A stretch of DNA of 64,000 nt from Tricharina praecox (taxonomy: Eukaryota): positions 1,550,001 to 1,614,000 of the forward strand of contig NW_026250403.1 of NCBI RefSeq assembly GCF_024521635.1, read 5' to 3'. The notes beneath the pieces were generated by a model. It saw only the letters and a program-made list of their open reading frames with translations, searched no databases and was not told where the DNA came from. Numbering within the stretch: position 1 is the first letter of the stretch; every line of letters starts with the position of its first letter. Both the position numbers and the translations under genes were made by a program. Positions 62,751-64,000 of the stretch are shown here, one piece after another.

Positions 62751-63030
62751 CACTCACCACTCACCACTCACCACTCACCACTCACCACTCACCACTCACC
62801 ACTCACCACTCACCACTCACCACTCACCACTCACCACTCACCACTCACCACTCACCACTCACCACTCACCACTCACCACTCACCACTCACCACTCACCAC
62901 TCACCACTCACCACTCACCACTCACCACTCACCACTCACCACTCACCACTCACCACTCACCACTCACCACTCACCACTCACCACTCACCACTCACCACTC
63001 ACCACTCACCACTCACCACTCACCACTCAC
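62751..63030. repeat. Heptamer tandem array (CACTCAC)40
   Basis: 280 bp of apparently perfect 7-bp units; the minus strand reads (GTGAGTG)n. Confidence 0.97.
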
Positions 63031-63728
63031 CACAGACACACACACACTCACAGGAAAAGACTCGCCCCAATGTAAACGTAAAGTAAAGTAAAATAAAGTA
63101 TACCGATTGCCTTTCAATGCCACCCTTCAATGCCACCCGTCACCCGTCACCACCAGTGCACCACCACCAAAAAAAGAAAACCAGTACCAATCCAATCCAA
63201 TTCCTCGTAACATAACGAAACGGAAGCAAAAAAACACTGCTTAACAAAACACAAAAAGCCGTTACCGAAAATACGCAAGCCTCAACACACACAAAAAAAA
63301 TGACAAAGGGAATCTCATCGGAGAGAAATCAAAATAATAATATAAAAAAAAAAGAGATGAGAAGAAAAGATCGTTGGCTAGAGGGGACGGGGGAGGGGGG
63401 AAGCCACACACCCCCACCCAACGAACCTGTCCCCCGTAACACCAACGACATGACAAGAAATATAAAAATAAAATAAGATGAGTATACTATGCCAGAGGGA
63501 AACAAGGCAAAAAGTATACAACGCCATACGCAAGGAAAAAGAAGTGATCGAAAAACTCCAACAGGGCATGAGCGAAGCCTCCTCCTCCTCCCGTCACTCC
63601 GCGCATGCAGATGCAGATGCGCAGCAGGAGCCTAAACCCTTCACCCTCCTCCCCCTGCGTGTCATTACTTTTCATAACACGATCTCCCACATCCGTGTCG
63701 TCCATCCTCGACACAGTCATACGAACTT

Positions 63729-63989
63729 TTATAAACTCCCATCATCCCTTCTCCGGATCGTTGAACTTCCAATGCCACCCAACATGGACCCTGGCCCGGA
63801 AACTCGGGGACTCGAAAGACCACCGCGATCGTTCGGGTGAGACGGGGTACGGGTTTCTAGCAGCTGCGGTCGTTGCGTAACGTTCGGACCAAACATTCGG
63901 CTCTGAAGCCTTTCATCGTCTCCCTGCATCGACGCGATGTGGAGCCCGCTACCCCGCTCCAACAACGGCCCTCCAAGAGTCGCACACTG
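63729..63989 (-). CDS. Probable terminal exon of a gene entering from the right edge
   Basis: After a possible acceptor (cgtcgtag) an open frame QCATLGGPLLERGSGLHIASMQGDDERLQSRMFGP... ends at TAA 63729. It is followed by T-rich 3'UTR-like sequence on the minus strand. Confidence 0.45.
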   Translation of the reverse strand, partial: QCATLGGPLLERGSGLHIASMQGDDERLQSRMFGPNVTQRPQLLETRTPSHPNDRGGLSSPRVSGPGSMLGGIGSSTIRRRDDGSL

Positions 63990-64000
63990 CTACGACGGTG

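Noticed and set aside
62751-63030. CRISPR array or telomere
   Set aside because: There are no spacers, the context is eukaryotic and internal, and the unit is not TTAGGG.
62354-63091. 245-aa ORF with (LTTHHSP)n
   Set aside because: It is a translation of the 7-bp array, starts at a non-ATG codon and has no coding features.

Overview
This is a gene-dense, intron-rich segment of a filamentous ascomycete (Pezizomycotina) nuclear chromosome. The lineage is inferred from short GT-AG introns with CTRAC/CTRAT branch sites and from gene content. I manually spliced 18 protein-coding genes: an AIF-like Rieske/FAD oxidoreductase, a TinA/Msd1-like ADIP protein, Ccc2 Cu-ATPase, a Zn2Cys6 transcription factor, PPIL4 cyclophilin-RRM, a coiled-coil protein, Rrp7, a Tgl2-like lipase, CSN7, mitochondrial ThrRS, an Ino4-like bHLH, Maf, an NADP-dependent alkenal reductase, an unknown membrane protein, DMC1, a CNBP/Gis2 zinc knuckle protein, 14-3-3 and IF1. 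There are also possible partial genes at both edges and several simple repeats. I found no CRISPR array, transposon, tRNA, rRNA or biosynthetic cluster. The most unusual signals are in gene architecture and targeting: (1) an obligatory 2-nt exon inside the lipase GHSMG catalytic motif; (2) an IF1 gene whose three introns are all in-frame and stop-free; (3) upstream in-frame ATGs adding a PTS2 peroxisomal signal or a mitochondrial presequence; (4) a CC1-box-like candidate dynein adaptor; (5) a 40-copy heptamer array that reads as tandem splice-donor sites on the minus strand. All family calls come from motif recognition by eye, with no database searches.
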